A stretch of 64,000 nt of DNA from a virus (IMGVR_UViG_3300031912_000871:1-64000); one strand, 5' to 3'. Positions 8,763 to 18,309 are shown, numbered from the stretch's first letter. The notes: generated from the sequence alone by a model not told the origin. Made by a program: numbers and translations.

Positions 8763-8802
8763 GCCATGAGCACATGACGCCATGAGCGCATGACGTCATG
8801 TC
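8763..8802. repeat. 8-bp-periodic CATGA array (copy 2 of a putative centromere)
   Basis: gccatgag cacatgac gccatgag cgcatgac gtcatgtc. Confidence 0.6.
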
Positions 8803-8842
8803 GACGCTCTCAGATGGCGAACGGCCCTCTATCGCGAGTTAG

Positions 8843-8873
8843 CAGATGCCGATAGGCTGCCAATCGGCATCTG
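8843..8873. promoter_or_regulatory. Operator-like inverted repeat upstream of an HTH gene
   Basis: CAGATGCCGAT-N9-ATCGGCATCTG. Confidence 0.55.
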
Positions 8874-8897
8874 TGCCGCGCAGCGATCGGAGACCCC

Positions 8898-9362
8898 ATG
8901 ACCACCGACACCATCAACACCGACCAGCTCAGCGACGCCCTCACCCGCCTCGACCGGGCCCGGAACCTCCGCGACGCCCTCGCCCCCCTCGCCCGCCTCA
9001 TCACCGAGGCCGACGAGGAGGCCCGCGCCGCCGCCATCGCCGCCGCCCAAGCCGGCCTGTCCGAGCGGGCCATCGCCGCGAAGTTCGGCATCGCGCAGCC
9101 CACCGCGCACTCCTGGCTGGACGGCCGCACCGCCGCGCCGATGCCCGCCCCCACCATCGGCGAGCGGGCGTGGCTCCTCCACCAGACCGTCCGCGCGGTG
9201 GAGACGATCGTCCACCGGCTCGACGGCGAGGATCTGCCCTCACCGCCCTACGGTGGGGTTGTCTCCGCCCGTTCCCGCCTGACAGAGGCGCGCAAGGCGC
9301 TCAACACGGGCGCGTGGGCGCTCGGTGAGGCCGGCAGCATCCTGGAGCAAGCCGGGAAGTAG
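8898..9362 (+). CDS. HTH DNA-binding protein
   Basis: GLSERAIAAKFGIAQPTAHSWL helix-turn-helix; GGAGACCCC SD. Confidence 0.8.
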   Translation: MTTDTINTDQLSDALTRLDRARNLRDALAPLARLITEADEEARAAAIAAAQAGLSERAIAAKFGIAQPTAHSWLDGRTAAPMPAPTIGERAWLLHQTVRAVETIVHRLDGEDLPSPPYGGVVSARSRLTEARKALNTGAWALGEAGSILEQAGK

Positions 9363-9364
9363 AC

Positions 9365-9416
9365 CGTACGACGGAAGGGCCCGCAGGGACGTCCCTGCGG
9401 GCCCTTCCGTCGTACG
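9365..9416. terminator. 52-bp perfect palindrome between convergent genes
   Basis: CGTACGACGGAAGGGCCCGCAGGGAC mirrored with no loop. Confidence 0.7.
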
Positions 9417-9418
9417 CG

Positions 9419-9650
9419 CTACAGGCCGGGCTGGCCCTGCGCCTCCAGGCCCGGGAACGCGGCCGCAATGGCCGTCCAGAACGCCGTAGCCGCCTCGCTG
9501 GCGTCTGCGGGCAGCTCCCCCGGCCGGAGGGGTGCACTGCGGCGAGAAGCCGCCCGTCAGGGCTGCTGACCCGCAGCGAGGGTCCGCCCGGCACCGCGAG
9601 CTCCAGCAGCGGGCCCGGCGGGTCTGGACCGCATCGTCGGGCAGGCTCAC
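9419..9650 (-). pseudogene. Small phage gene with two apparent 1-nt losses in C/G runs
   Basis: Three frames join into VSLPDDAVQ / PLLELAVPGGPSLRVSSPDGRLLAAVHPSG / ELPADASEAATAFWTAIAAAFPG; may be sequencing error. Confidence 0.5.
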
Positions 9651-10207
9651 GGGGTCTCCTTGGGGGGTCGCTGGTGCAGGTGGATGAACGGGCCGCGCAC
9701 CCCTGCGCTGAAGTGCGCGGCGGCTTCGAGGGCGGCCTTCACCCGCCGGGCCGGGGGCTGCCCGACGGTGGCGTGGAGAGCGCCGAGGGCGATGTCCTGG
9801 CCGCAGCCGACGGCGGCGTACCCGTCGGCGGGCTCGCCGACCTGGAAGTCGCCGTACACCTGGAACAGGCGGCCAGCGGTGCCGACGAGGAACGTGCCGC
9901 CGAGTTCCCGGCCGGAGTCGAGGGTGAGCCAGCCGCCGTCGACGAGGGTCTTCCGTACGGCGTCGATGAACGTGGTGGCCATGTGCCGGTCCAGCGCGGC
10001 CGGGGCGGTGGGGAGCTTCGGTGGGGTGAGGGCGTAGCGGAGCAGCTGCCCCATGCGGAAGCTGTCGGTGAAGCCCATCAGGTACGGGCCGTTGCGGAAC
10101 ACCTTCGCGTCGGCGCGGACGCTGCTGGACCAGCCGGGGCCGACTCCGGCGGAGTCCCCGCCGATGTGGACGGCGCCGCGGTGGACGAGGCCGACGATCG
10201 CGGTCAC
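9647..10207 (-). CDS. Ntn-hydrolase (HslV/proteasome-beta-like) peptidase
   Basis: N-terminal (M)TAIVG, GGDSAG, KVF, AVGCGQDIALGAL. Confidence 0.75.
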   Translation of the reverse strand: MTAIVGLVHRGAVHIGGDSAGVGPGWSSSVRADAKVFRNGPYLMGFTDSFRMGQLLRYALTPPKLPTAPAALDRHMATTFIDAVRKTLVDGGWLTLDSGRELGGTFLVGTAGRLFQVYGDFQVGEPADGYAAVGCGQDIALGALHATVGQPPARRVKAALEAAAHFSAGVRGPFIHLHQRPPKETP

Positions 10208-10446
10208 GCGAGCATCCGGCCGGTGCGCGGGTCGTACGGGACGGGCACGATCACCGGCGGGGGCGGCGCCGGGTGGATGTGCAGTTGCATTGCCGGCTGG
10301 GTGAGGTTGGCGAGGGGGCCGCGGAGCCGGTCGATCGCGGTCAGCGCGGCCTGCACGGTATCGGCCGGGTCGCCGCTGTCGGGAACGGTGATGCCCCGGT
10401 CGGCGAGACCCACGCGGAGGCGCTCCAGCGCGCTGGTGGCGGTCAT
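10204..10446 (-). CDS. Hypothetical protein
   Basis: Translationally coupled on both sides. Confidence 0.6.
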   Translation of the reverse strand: MTATSALERLRVGLADRGITVPDSGDPADTVQAALTAIDRLRGPLANLTQPAMQLHIHPAPPPPVIVPVPYDPRTGRMLA

Positions 10447-10949
10447 CGGACGTCCGGCCCGGTGCTGTCGGCGGCGGCCTGGGAAGCCGGGGCCGGATCG
10501 GGCTCGGTGGGCTCCAAGTCGGCCTGTTCGGGGCCGCGGCCGGCACCGTACGGGCGGAGCAGCAGGCCGCCCTTGACGACGTGCTCGTACGCCTCGGGGT
10601 CGCGGCGGCGCAGCCGGGACAGCTGCCGCTCGCCGGGCCGGTACCACTCCCAGGCGGGCTGGGTGGTGACTCCGGCGGGCCACGCCTCGGGGATCGGGTA
10701 GCCGAGGGAGAAGGCGGTGCCTTCGCAGCTGTCGGTGGCGCGGCAGGCCAGGGTGGACGGGGTGACTCCGGCGTCCACGTCGATGGTGACGGTGCAGCTC
10801 TGGCAGGCGGGGCACCGGTAGGCGTTGAGGCGGCCCTTGTAGAGGGCTGTCACACCGGCGGGCCGGGTGTCGAGCCGGTTGGCGCGGTGGTCGGTGAGGG
10901 CCTGCTGGAAGCGGGCCATGCGGCGGCGCAGGGCGCGGGAGTTAGACAC
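10443..10949 (-). CDS. Cys-rich hypothetical phage protein
   Basis: YRCPAC...LAC...C...WEWYRP...HVVKGGLLLRP. Confidence 0.7.
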   Translation of the reverse strand: MSNSRALRRRMARFQQALTDHRANRLDTRPAGVTALYKGRLNAYRCPACQSCTVTIDVDAGVTPSTLACRATDSCEGTAFSLGYPIPEAWPAGVTTQPAWEWYRPGERQLSRLRRRDPEAYEHVVKGGLLLRPYGAGRGPEQADLEPTEPDPAPASQAAADSTGPDVR

Positions 10950-11289
10950 GGCTGGTCTCCTGGTCGGCTGCAAGGTGGGCGGCGAGGTCGACGGGGTGGA
11001 CGGTGCCGCCGGCGGCGAACACCGCGGCGGTGAGGGCCGGGGCCTGCACCCACCGGACGGGAGGCTCGGCCGGGGTGGGCCGGTCGAGCGGGTGAGGCCA
11101 GGTGACGGCGAGGTAGAGGCGTTTGCGGGCCAGGTCGGTGCAGGCCAGGCGGGCGAGGCCGGTGCGGCCGTGCGGGTCGGTGACGGTGAGGACGTCGCCG
11201 GGTAGCGGGATCGGCCCGGTGGGTAGGTCGGTGACGAGGTGCTGGCCGCTGGTGCGGGCGGGGTCGACCGGGATTTTCGGTGCGGGCAT
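10942..11289 (-). CDS. Hypothetical protein
   Basis: High-GC3 ORF at the operon start. Confidence 0.65.
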   Translation of the reverse strand: MPAPKIPVDPARTSGQHLVTDLPTGPIPLPGDVLTVTDPHGRTGLARLACTDLARKRLYLAVTWPHPLDRPTPAEPPVRWVQAPALTAAVFAAGGTVHPVDLAAHLAADQETSRV

Positions 11290-11369
11290 CGGATTACCCC
11301 TTCCCCTCGTGGTGAATGTCTGCTACACTTTGGGGTGTAAGCAGGTGAGGGCGAACGAAGGAGCCAGAG

Positions 11370-11579
11370 ATGAAGATCAAGGTCGAGGGAAACCTCAAGC
11401 GGATCGCCCGGTTCACCCCGTCGGCCTTCGCCGAGTGCCGCGCCACGGCGAACCCCGACGAGCAGGTCGCCCTGGACCTCCTCCGCGCCAACCCCGACAT
11501 GAGCGCCGGCCGCGCGCTGGCCGAGGCCACCCGGCGGCGCAACGCGGAGGCCAACGCCGACTGGCAGGCCACCGCCTGA
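11370..11579 (+). CDS. Small hypothetical protein
   Basis: AAGGAG SD; early-type promoter at 11322-11338. Confidence 0.7.
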   Translation: MKIKVEGNLKRIARFTPSAFAECRATANPDEQVALDLLRANPDMSAGRALAEATRRRNAEANADWQATA

Positions 11580-11765
11580 GACAACCCCCGGGCCCGGGCA
11601 ACCGGGCCCCAGGCGTGCCCGCCAGCCGCAAGGCTGAGCAGGCACGCCTTTCGCGTGTCCGCCCGAAGCACGATCACCGCTGACACCAGCACCAGCCGAG
11701 CTGCTCCGCGGTCGGCGAGTGGACGCCGAGGAGACGCCCGAGCCACCCAGCCCGCCAGGACCGCT

Positions 11766-12287
11766 TCACTGGCCGGCCGCCGAGGTGCGGGTGATGGCGC
11801 CGCCGAGAAGCCGGTACCGATCCGGGTAGGCACGGGCGGCCGCCTGGGCGAGGATCGCGTGCTGGAGGGCGTTGATCGGCGCGGCCAGCTCGGCGAGATC
11901 CTGCCCGGCCGACGCCGCGGTGCCGACGACGTGGCACAGCGTCTCCCACAGCTCAGCGGTGAGCCCCATCGCCTTGTGCTCCAGCTCGGTGAGCAGCTCC
12001 CCGCGCTGATAGGGGGTGCCGGGCAGCGCACCCGGGTAGGGCGGGGTGCAGTGCGCCGACTCGCCGCAGTAGACGCCGGCGGTGTGGTACTCGTCCGTCA
12101 AGGGCGCATCCCGAAGGACGGTGGGCTGCGCGTGGCCGCGCTCGCGGAGCAGCCGCTCGATCAGGTTCGCTGCGCCCTTCTGCAGGGTCGGGTGGGCGGC
12201 GCCGGTGCGCAGGCCGGCGATGACCTCACGCTCGCCCCAGGTTGCGCTGTCCGGGGAAGCGGTCGACTCGTCTCCGGCGTGGCTCAT
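11766..12287 (-). CDS. Hypothetical phage protein
   Basis: GGAGACCCG SD; coupled to the DUF1643 gene. Confidence 0.7.
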   Translation of the reverse strand: MSHAGDESTASPDSATWGEREVIAGLRTGAAHPTLQKGAANLIERLLRERGHAQPTVLRDAPLTDEYHTAGVYCGESAHCTPPYPGALPGTPYQRGELLTELEHKAMGLTAELWETLCHVVGTAASAGQDLAELAAPINALQHAILAQAAARAYPDRYRLLGGAITRTSAAGQ

Positions 12288-12880
12288 CGGGTCTCCAGGG
12301 GCTCGTACGGAACAGGACGGGCGGTGCGGGGCAGGTAGAGCGGGTGGCCGGGGTGGCCGCCCTTGGTGATGGCCAGCGCGGCCATCTGCACGCCCCGCTG
12401 CGCGGTGAGCGCGGCGACCTGCCGGTGGCGGTCGAGGTGGACGCCGTGGGCGCCCCACGCGGCGATCAGCGGCCCACCGTTGGCTGCGATCCGGGTGAGG
12501 CGCTGGCCGATCACCCGGTCGTTGTCCGGGCCGATCGGGTCCGCGTGGCCGTAGAGGGCGCGCGGGTCTGTGGACCGGAGAGCGAACGTGTTGATGACGA
12601 CCAGGCCGCCGCAGGCCCAGGTGCGGGCGTAGCCGATGCAGCGGCGGATGGTGGGGTCGTCGGTGAGCGCGTCGGCCGTGCTGGGGTTGAGCATCAGGAA
12701 CGTGGCCGGTGGGCGGCGACGGTCCCAGGTGCGGGTCAGCTCGTACCGGTAGGGGTGGCAGCCGGCGCACACCGTCGTTGGCCGGCCGGGGTGACGGCGG
12801 CACGGCTGGGCGGGCCCGAACACGGCGGTGGCCGTCTCCCCCAGGGCGGGAGTCTCCGCGTCGGTGACCAGCGCGCTCAT
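12284..12880 (-). CDS. DUF1643 family protein
   Basis: YRYELTRTW...FLMLNPSTADALTDDPTIRRC...WGAHG...HPLY. Confidence 0.9.
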   Translation of the reverse strand: MSALVTDAETPALGETATAVFGPAQPCRRHPGRPTTVCAGCHPYRYELTRTWDRRRPPATFLMLNPSTADALTDDPTIRRCIGYARTWACGGLVVINTFALRSTDPRALYGHADPIGPDNDRVIGQRLTRIAANGGPLIAAWGAHGVHLDRHRQVAALTAQRGVQMAALAITKGGHPGHPLYLPRTARPVPYEPLETR

Positions 12881-13260
12881 GCTGCCGCCTCGAACGGCTG
12901 GCGCATGCCGCGCGCCCGGTAGCCGGTCCAGCCGCCGCAGCGGGGGCAGCGGACCTGCACGTCGCTCGGCTTGGCGTAGAGCTGCCCGCCGCACGGCTCC
13001 CCGTCGGGCTCCAGATCGTTGTCGCAGACGCCGACGTGCAGGGCGTACTCCCGCCACCGGTTGGTGTAGCGGTCCCAGTCGCCGACCACCACGGCGCCCG
13101 GGCCCTGCACGGTCACGTAGCGGGCACCGTTGCAGCAGGCGAGACGAAGCGCGAGGGACCGCGCGGACGGCCAGTCGAGGAGCGGCTCCCGCGTCTCGAC
13201 CGCAGCGACAGTGCTGCTTCCCTGCCAGGACACGAACACGGTGAAGGAGCCCGCCGTCAT
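12877..13260 (-). CDS. Zn-ribbon protein
   Basis: C..CGGQL...RCPRCG. Confidence 0.65.
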   Translation of the reverse strand: MTAGSFTVFVSWQGSSTVAAVETREPLLDWPSARSLALRLACCNGARYVTVQGPGAVVVGDWDRYTNRWREYALHVGVCDNDLEPDGEPCGGQLYAKPSDVQVRCPRCGGWTGYRARGMRQPFEAAA

Positions 13261-13820
13261 GCCGTCACCTCGGCGGGCGCGTCAACCGCGGTGAGCCGGA
13301 ATGTCAGCCGGGTACCGACGGCGCGGGCGTACCGCTGAGCCGGGGCGACCATCACCCCGTCGGCGCCTTGCTCCCACAGCTGCACGGCCTTGTCGCTGAC
13401 ACCCATCACCGCGGCGACATCTTCCTGCCGCAAACCGGCGTCGATACGGATCCGAACCAGGTCACGGACCAGCACCGCGCGGGTGAGTTCGTCGGCCGCG
13501 GCCGGGCTGGCCGGGCGCATCGCCGCGTACACCGCAGCGAGGGGGTCACCGTCGTCGGGCAGCGGAGCGGCGATCTCAACAGCCAGCCGCCGCCCGTACA
13601 GGCGCGCCAGGGCTTGGAGGGTCCGCAGCTGCCAGTTGTCGGCCCGCTCAACCCGCCACAGGGCGCCGTGAGGGCTCTTCCAGCCCATCCGGGCGGCGAC
13701 GTCCCGGCCGGTCAGGCCGGCCTCCTCCCGCAGCCCGCGGATCCCGGCGATCAGGTCCCGGCGTGCCAGGGCATCGTCGGGGTGCAGGTCCCAGAACCGG
13801 GCCGCGTACGGGGCGCTCAC
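13257..13820 (-). CDS. Double XRE-type HTH protein (paralog B)
   Basis: Two HTH units (LREEAGLTGRDVAARMG; RIDAGLRQEDVAAVMGVS); 187 aa. Confidence 0.8.
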   Translation of the reverse strand: MSAPYAARFWDLHPDDALARRDLIAGIRGLREEAGLTGRDVAARMGWKSPHGALWRVERADNWQLRTLQALARLYGRRLAVEIAAPLPDDGDPLAAVYAAMRPASPAAADELTRAVLVRDLVRIRIDAGLRQEDVAAVMGVSDKAVQLWEQGADGVMVAPAQRYARAVGTRLTFRLTAVDAPAEVTA

Positions 13821-14380
13821 CGGACACCGGCCAGCGGCTCGATGCGGGGCTCCAGCCAGCCGCCGCAGCCCCGCAGGTGCCGCTGCGCCGCGGCCAGGTC
13901 GAGGTTGTCCTCGATCCGCTCGGCCCGGTTGATCGTGTCCAGGCTGACACCGAGACGCTGCCCCAGCTGCTTCTGGGTGAGCCCGGCCGCTTCCCGGGCG
14001 CGCCGCATGTCGTTGACCAGACCGGCGCGGGCGTAAGCGTCGACCGTCTCCGGCGCGCCGATCGTCTTCGCCGCGTACATGACGGCCAGGGCGTCCGGCT
14101 CCAGCTCGAACGGCAGATGCAGCGTCCACGTGAACCGGTGGTCGAGCCACCGCGCCCACCGCTGAAGCGTTCCGACGGTCCAGTAGCCGCGCAGCTCCAT
14201 CGACTGGATCGACGCCTTCGACCGGCCGCCCCGGGCCGCAGCCGCCTGCCGCGACAGGCCCAGGCTCGTACGGACGGCGAGCAGCTGCTCACCGACGCGC
14301 AGCCGCGCCGTGGTGTCGTCGGGATGCACGTCGGCCACGCGGCTGCCGCCGTAGCGGCGCACCGGCGCCGGGGCGGTCAC
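13817..14380 (-). CDS. Double XRE-type HTH protein (paralog A)
   Basis: Two HTH units ([18 protein letters not shown]); 187 aa. Confidence 0.8.
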   Translation of the reverse strand: MTAPAPVRRYGGSRVADVHPDDTTARLRVGEQLLAVRTSLGLSRQAAAARGGRSKASIQSMELRGYWTVGTLQRWARWLDHRFTWTLHLPFELEPDALAVMYAAKTIGAPETVDAYARAGLVNDMRRAREAAGLTQKQLGQRLGVSLDTINRAERIEDNLDLAAAQRHLRGCGGWLEPRIEPLAGVR

Positions 14381-14850
14381 GGCCGCGTCTCCGGGCCGCC
14401 GCTCACCGCAGGCGTGGACCACGGGTCGTCCGGGTCGAACCCGCCCGCCGGCCGCTGCTGCGCCGTCGGGGTACCCGAACCGCGGCCCATCTTCTGCACC
14501 TTCGCTGTGGCGTACCGCAGCGACGGCCCGATCTCGTCTACCTCCAGCTCGATGACGGTCCGCTTCCCGGACCCGTCCCGGGCTTCGTAGGACCGCTGCC
14601 GCAACCGGCCGGTCACGATCACCCGGGCGCCGCGCTGCAACGACTCGGCCAGGTGCTCCGCCGGCTGGTTCCACAGCACGCAGGCCATGAACAGCGGCTC
14701 GCCGTCCTTCCACTGCCCGGACGCCTTGTCCAGGTAGCGGGGCGTCGAGGCGACACGGAACTTCGCCACCGCCGCCCCACCAGGGGTGAACCGAAGCTCC
14801 GGGTCGTCCGTGAGGTTCCCGACGATCGTCAGGGTGGTGTCACCGGCCAC
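14377..14850 (-). CDS. ssb: Single-stranded DNA-binding protein
   Basis: [38 protein letters not shown] is the actinobacterial SSB N-terminus. Confidence 0.95.
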   Translation of the reverse strand: MAGDTTLTIVGNLTDDPELRFTPGGAAVAKFRVASTPRYLDKASGQWKDGEPLFMACVLWNQPAEHLAESLQRGARVIVTGRLRQRSYEARDGSGKRTVIELEVDEIGPSLRYATAKVQKMGRGSGTPTAQQRPAGGFDPDDPWSTPAVSGGPETRP

Positions 14851-15058
14851 GGCCGGCCTCCTTCCGAGGGGTCATCTCGATGCGGTACAGGTCGACCCCT
14901 GCGGCGGTGCGCACCCACGCCAGGTCCCACCCGGACGCCACGAAGTGCCGCCCATCAGCGACGGCGGCGTGCTCGTTGCGGTACTCGTTGCGGGTGCGGA
15001 ACTCCAGACCGGCCTTCACCAGCACGAGGCGGTACGGCCGGCGACCGGTGGTCACCAC
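14840..15058 (-). CDS. Hypothetical protein
   Basis: SD plus hairpin. Confidence 0.65.
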   Translation of the reverse strand: MVTTGRRPYRLVLVKAGLEFRTRNEYRNEHAAVADGRHFVASGWDLAWVRTAAGVDLYRIEMTPRKEAGRGR

Positions 15059-15414
15059 GGGGTCTCCTTCACGCGGGCCGGTCGCTCACCGGCACGCAGG
15101 TCGATTCTACCGGCGGGAACCGGCACGAAGGCGACACCGACGGCCGCCAGGTCGGCGCGCCGACGCGGCGAAATCACGTCGCCGAGGACCGCCGCCGCCG
15201 GCTCGTCGTACAACGCGACCGCGGCGGCCAGCACACCGAGCGCCAGATGCCGCACCTGCGCCGCGTTGACGGCATCCAGCCGGTACACGGCGGCACCCCG
15301 ATGCCAGGCCACCAGCGGCCCGCCCACATGCACGGCGAGCGCATCCCACACCGCCAGCTCCCGGGCAGCGGTCTCCTCGGCCTCGTGGAGCAACTGCAAC
15401 TCGTAGGCGTCCAT
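15052..15414 (-). CDS. Hypothetical protein
   Basis: MDAYELQ..., coupled to the terS stop. Confidence 0.65.
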   Translation of the reverse strand: MDAYELQLLHEAEETAARELAVWDALAVHVGGPLVAWHRGAAVYRLDAVNAAQVRHLALGVLAAAVALYDEPAAAVLGDVISPRRRADLAAVGVAFVPVPAGRIDLRAGERPARVKETPW

Positions 15415-15989
15415 CAGGCCGCCGCCTCCTCTTCGTCGTCCACGATTTCGGCGTCCACCACGGCGGACGACAGCGCGGCCTGCACCCGGTCGGCGAGGCC
15501 GTTGATCCGCTCGGCGGACACCTGGATGGGGCCGCCACCAGCGCCGGTCACTTCGAGGGCCTTGCGGGACGCCCACCGGTCCGGGAACGCCCGGGACAGG
15601 AACTCCAGGGCGACCTTGCCGTTGGGGCCGGCGATCGTCTCCTCGGTCTCTGTGTCCCCGTTGCGCAGCACCCGGGTGACCCTCTTCGTCACGTAACCGC
15701 CGCTGGCGTCCTTGATCACCGCGCCGACCATCCGCTGCTCGGCCTCCGCACGCGCCCGCGTCAACGCCTCGCAGAACTCGCGCTTGGCCTTCGGTGCTCC
15801 GGGTGCTTCGCCGTCTTGGATCCAGCGGTAGACGGTGGCGGGGTGGACGCCTGCGGCCTTGGCGGCGGTGTCGAGGAAGTTGCCGAGGCGGACGGCTTTG
15901 ATGATGCGGTCGGCGGTTTCGGGGGTGAGTTTGGATCGGCGGCCGACGGTGCGGGCGACGTGCCGGCCGGGCTGGTCGGTGACGGTCAC
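15414..15989 (-). CDS. Terminase small subunit-like protein
   Basis: GRRSKLTPE...AAKAAGVHPATVYRW...EFCEALTRARAEAE...FLSRAFPDRW. Confidence 0.75.
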   Translation of the reverse strand: MTVTDQPGRHVARTVGRRSKLTPETADRIIKAVRLGNFLDTAAKAAGVHPATVYRWIQDGEAPGAPKAKREFCEALTRARAEAEQRMVGAVIKDASGGYVTKRVTRVLRNGDTETEETIAGPNGKVALEFLSRAFPDRWASRKALEVTGAGGGPIQVSAERINGLADRVQAALSSAVVDAEIVDDEEEAAA

Positions 15990-15993
15990 GAGG

Positions 15994-16167
15994 TCACCTG
16001 CCTGTTCCGAGGGCGAGGAAGGCGCCGACGATGCATGTCCAGGTGGCGGCTCCGGCGAGGAGTGCCCAGAAGATGGGGCTGGCGCTGATGGAGACCACGC
16101 GGAGGTTGAGGGTGGTCCAGCGGGGGTTGAGGGTGCGCTGGGGGGCGTGGTTGCGGTGTCTGCCCAC
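15994..16167 (-). CDS. Small membrane protein
   Basis: GGAGGAG SD; C-terminal TM segment. Confidence 0.55.
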   Translation of the reverse strand: MGRHRNHAPQRTLNPRWTTLNLRVVSISASPIFWALLAGAATWTCIVGAFLALGTGR

Positions 16168-16249
16168 GCTCTCCTCCTGCTGGTCTGCGGGTGTTGCTGG
16201 ACGGCCGGACGGTAGGTCGGGGTGGTGGCTTACGTCCCGGGGCGCGGGG

Positions 16250-16900
16250 TCAGCGGCTGATGGGCCGGCAGTCGTAGCCGTCGAGCTGGAGCTGGGTGTG
16301 GACGGCGGCTTGTTCGGCTTCGTCGGCGCAGATGACGAGGACGCCGTACTGGACGCCGGCGGCGGGGGTGGGGGCGTCGGCCTGGTCCTGCTGGTCGTCG
16401 TCCCCGTCGGTGGCGTCGTCGCTGTCACCGCTGCTGGCGGGGTCGGGGCCGTCGAGGAGCCGGTCGATTTCCTCGGGGGTCCAGCCGAGGCCGGTGTAGT
16501 CGTCCTGGTCGCCGAGGATGTCTACGAGGCCGTCGAGGTCCCAGCCGGCGAGTTCGCCCTGACGGTTGTGGGAGGCGAGGAAGCCTGCTGCCTCCACATC
16601 ATTCGGGGAGGCCCAGCCGCGCTGTACGGGTGCGAGCCACTCGCCGCGCTCACCGACGACGATGCCCTTCGGTGGGGGCTCACCGGAGTCGCGGAGGCCG
16701 CGGAGGGTGTCACGGCGGCCGTGTCCGGCGACGAGGCGGCCGGTGCGCTCATCCAGGATCATCGCGTCGGCGTAGCCGAACCGGGCGATGGAGGCGCGCA
16801 GTTCGGGGATGTTGTGGCGGCGGGGGTTCCGGTGGGCGCCGGGCAGCTGGTCGATGTCCATCAGCTCGGTCCAGCGGCGGCCGGTGTCGGTGTGGCTCAC
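16250..16900 (-). CDS. ParB/Srx-like N-terminal domain protein
   Basis: NPRRH...SIARFGY...LVAGHGR...NRQGELAGWD. Confidence 0.8.
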   Translation of the reverse strand: MSHTDTGRRWTELMDIDQLPGAHRNPRRHNIPELRASIARFGYADAMILDERTGRLVAGHGRRDTLRGLRDSGEPPPKGIVVGERGEWLAPVQRGWASPNDVEAAGFLASHNRQGELAGWDLDGLVDILGDQDDYTGLGWTPEEIDRLLDGPDPASSGDSDDATDGDDDQQDQADAPTPAAGVQYGVLVICADEAEQAAVHTQLQLDGYDCRPISR

Positions 16901-17292
16901 CGGCGGCGGTTGCGTCGGCGCTGGCCGCGAATCTTGGCCTTGGCGGTGCGGGCGCGGGCGCGGCCGACGGCGCGGATGCCGGGCTGGGGTTGACCGCAGC
17001 GGCAGCCGGTGTGGCTGAGGGGGCCGGTGGTGGGGTCGCCGAGGCGGGCGACGAGGTCGGCCCACACGATCGCGTCGGCCTCATCGAGGAGTGCGTCGGC
17101 GGGGACCGGGAGGAGGAGGTCCGGGTCGGAGCGCAGGGTGGCGCCGGGGATCCGCAGCGGCAGCATCCGGGTGGGGCCGAGCAGGGCGTCTGTGGCGTCC
17201 GCGTCGGCCGGCGTCGGGGGGAACGTCGTCATGTCGGCGGACGGTAGGAGCCGCGCGGGGTTTACGTCCTGGCCAAGATCGTTGTGGTGCAA
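16897..17292 (-). CDS. Hypothetical protein
   Basis: TTG start after GGAGACCCC SD and a 13-bp hairpin. Confidence 0.55.
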   Translation of the reverse strand: MHHNDLGQDVNPARLLPSADMTTFPPTPADADATDALLGPTRMLPLRIPGATLRSDPDLLLPVPADALLDEADAIVWADLVARLGDPTTGPLSHTGCRCGQPQPGIRAVGRARARTAKAKIRGQRRRNRRR

Positions 17293-17357
17293 GGGGGGTC
17301 TCCCGGGGGGCGGGACCGGCCCGGGTCGCTCACCCGGGCCGGTCTGTGTGGATGGGA

Positions 17358-18245
17358 TCAGCGGTGTCGCAGTCGCGCGAGCAGGGTGCCGCCGACCGCG
17401 AGGGTGAGGGACACGGCGGTCACGGCCGACTTCGGGCCGATGTCGTGCCACATGTCGGCGATGATCAGCCCGAGCGCGGTGGACCACAGCAGCGCGGGGA
17501 TCGTGGGCAGGCGGAGCGGGCGCAGGATCGGCAGGAGCGTGGCGCCCACACCGGCTGCGGCGGCCGCCAGGATCGTGATGACGGCCGCCATCTCGTCGGG
17601 AGGCCCGAACTGCGGTGCCGGCGGCGGGAACACCACGGCGGCGGTCACGACGGCCGTGGAGACGACGATCAGGACCCACAGCAGCTCCCGCGCCAGGCCC
17701 TGCCACGGGAGGGTCGCGAGGTGCTGCAGGAGGGTGACGGGCCGCTCGTGGCCGGGCATCGGCACCGCGTTGATCACCTCGGCGGCGTGCGGGCCCACGA
17801 CGTCGACCACCGCGTCGTACAGGTTGTCCAGCATCCGGCCCCGGGCTACCGGGTCGCGGGTGGCGGCCATCCGGGTGAGGACCGGCCCGGCGTGCGCTTC
17901 CAACCACGTGTCGGTGATGGTGCGGGGGCCGTTGATGGTGGCGGCGTATTCGACGTCGGCGAGCAGGTCCAGCAGCGTCGCGGCGTGCAGGTCCGCCTCG
18001 GCCATGTCCCGGCCGCCCTCGTCGGCGATCGGTGACGGGCCGAACGCCTCGGGCCGCAGCCGGCCCATCTGCTCGTGCAGGGCGGCCAGCTGGCTGAGTA
18101 GACCGGCGCGGACGAGGCCGGACATCGGGTGGTTCAGTTCGGCGTAGGTGCGGTACGCCTGCCGATCCAGGGCGGCGTGTGCCTGCCGCGGTCCGGCGGT
18201 GGTGGGGCGGACGGTCCGCCCCGTGAAGGCTGTCAAGATCCTCAT
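17358..18245 (-). CDS. Membrane protein with C-terminal TM helices
   Basis: SD plus hairpin; hydrophobic C-terminal third. Confidence 0.7.
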   Translation of the reverse strand: MRILTAFTGRTVRPTTAGPRQAHAALDRQAYRTYAELNHPMSGLVRAGLLSQLAALHEQMGRLRPEAFGPSPIADEGGRDMAEADLHAATLLDLLADVEYAATINGPRTITDTWLEAHAGPVLTRMAATRDPVARGRMLDNLYDAVVDVVGPHAAEVINAVPMPGHERPVTLLQHLATLPWQGLARELLWVLIVVSTAVVTAAVVFPPPAPQFGPPDEMAAVITILAAAAAGVGATLLPILRPLRLPTIPALLWSTALGLIIADMWHDIGPKSAVTAVSLTLAVGGTLLARLRHR

Positions 18246-18309
18246 TCGGGGTCTCCTTCCTGACGCCACCGGTGCGGCCCGGTCGCTCACCGGGCCGCAC
18301 GGGGAAGGG

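Noticed and set aside
9419-9650. Double programmed frameshift in a small gene
   Set aside because: Both shifts are single-base shortfalls in C or G runs, which is more likely sequencing error or decay.
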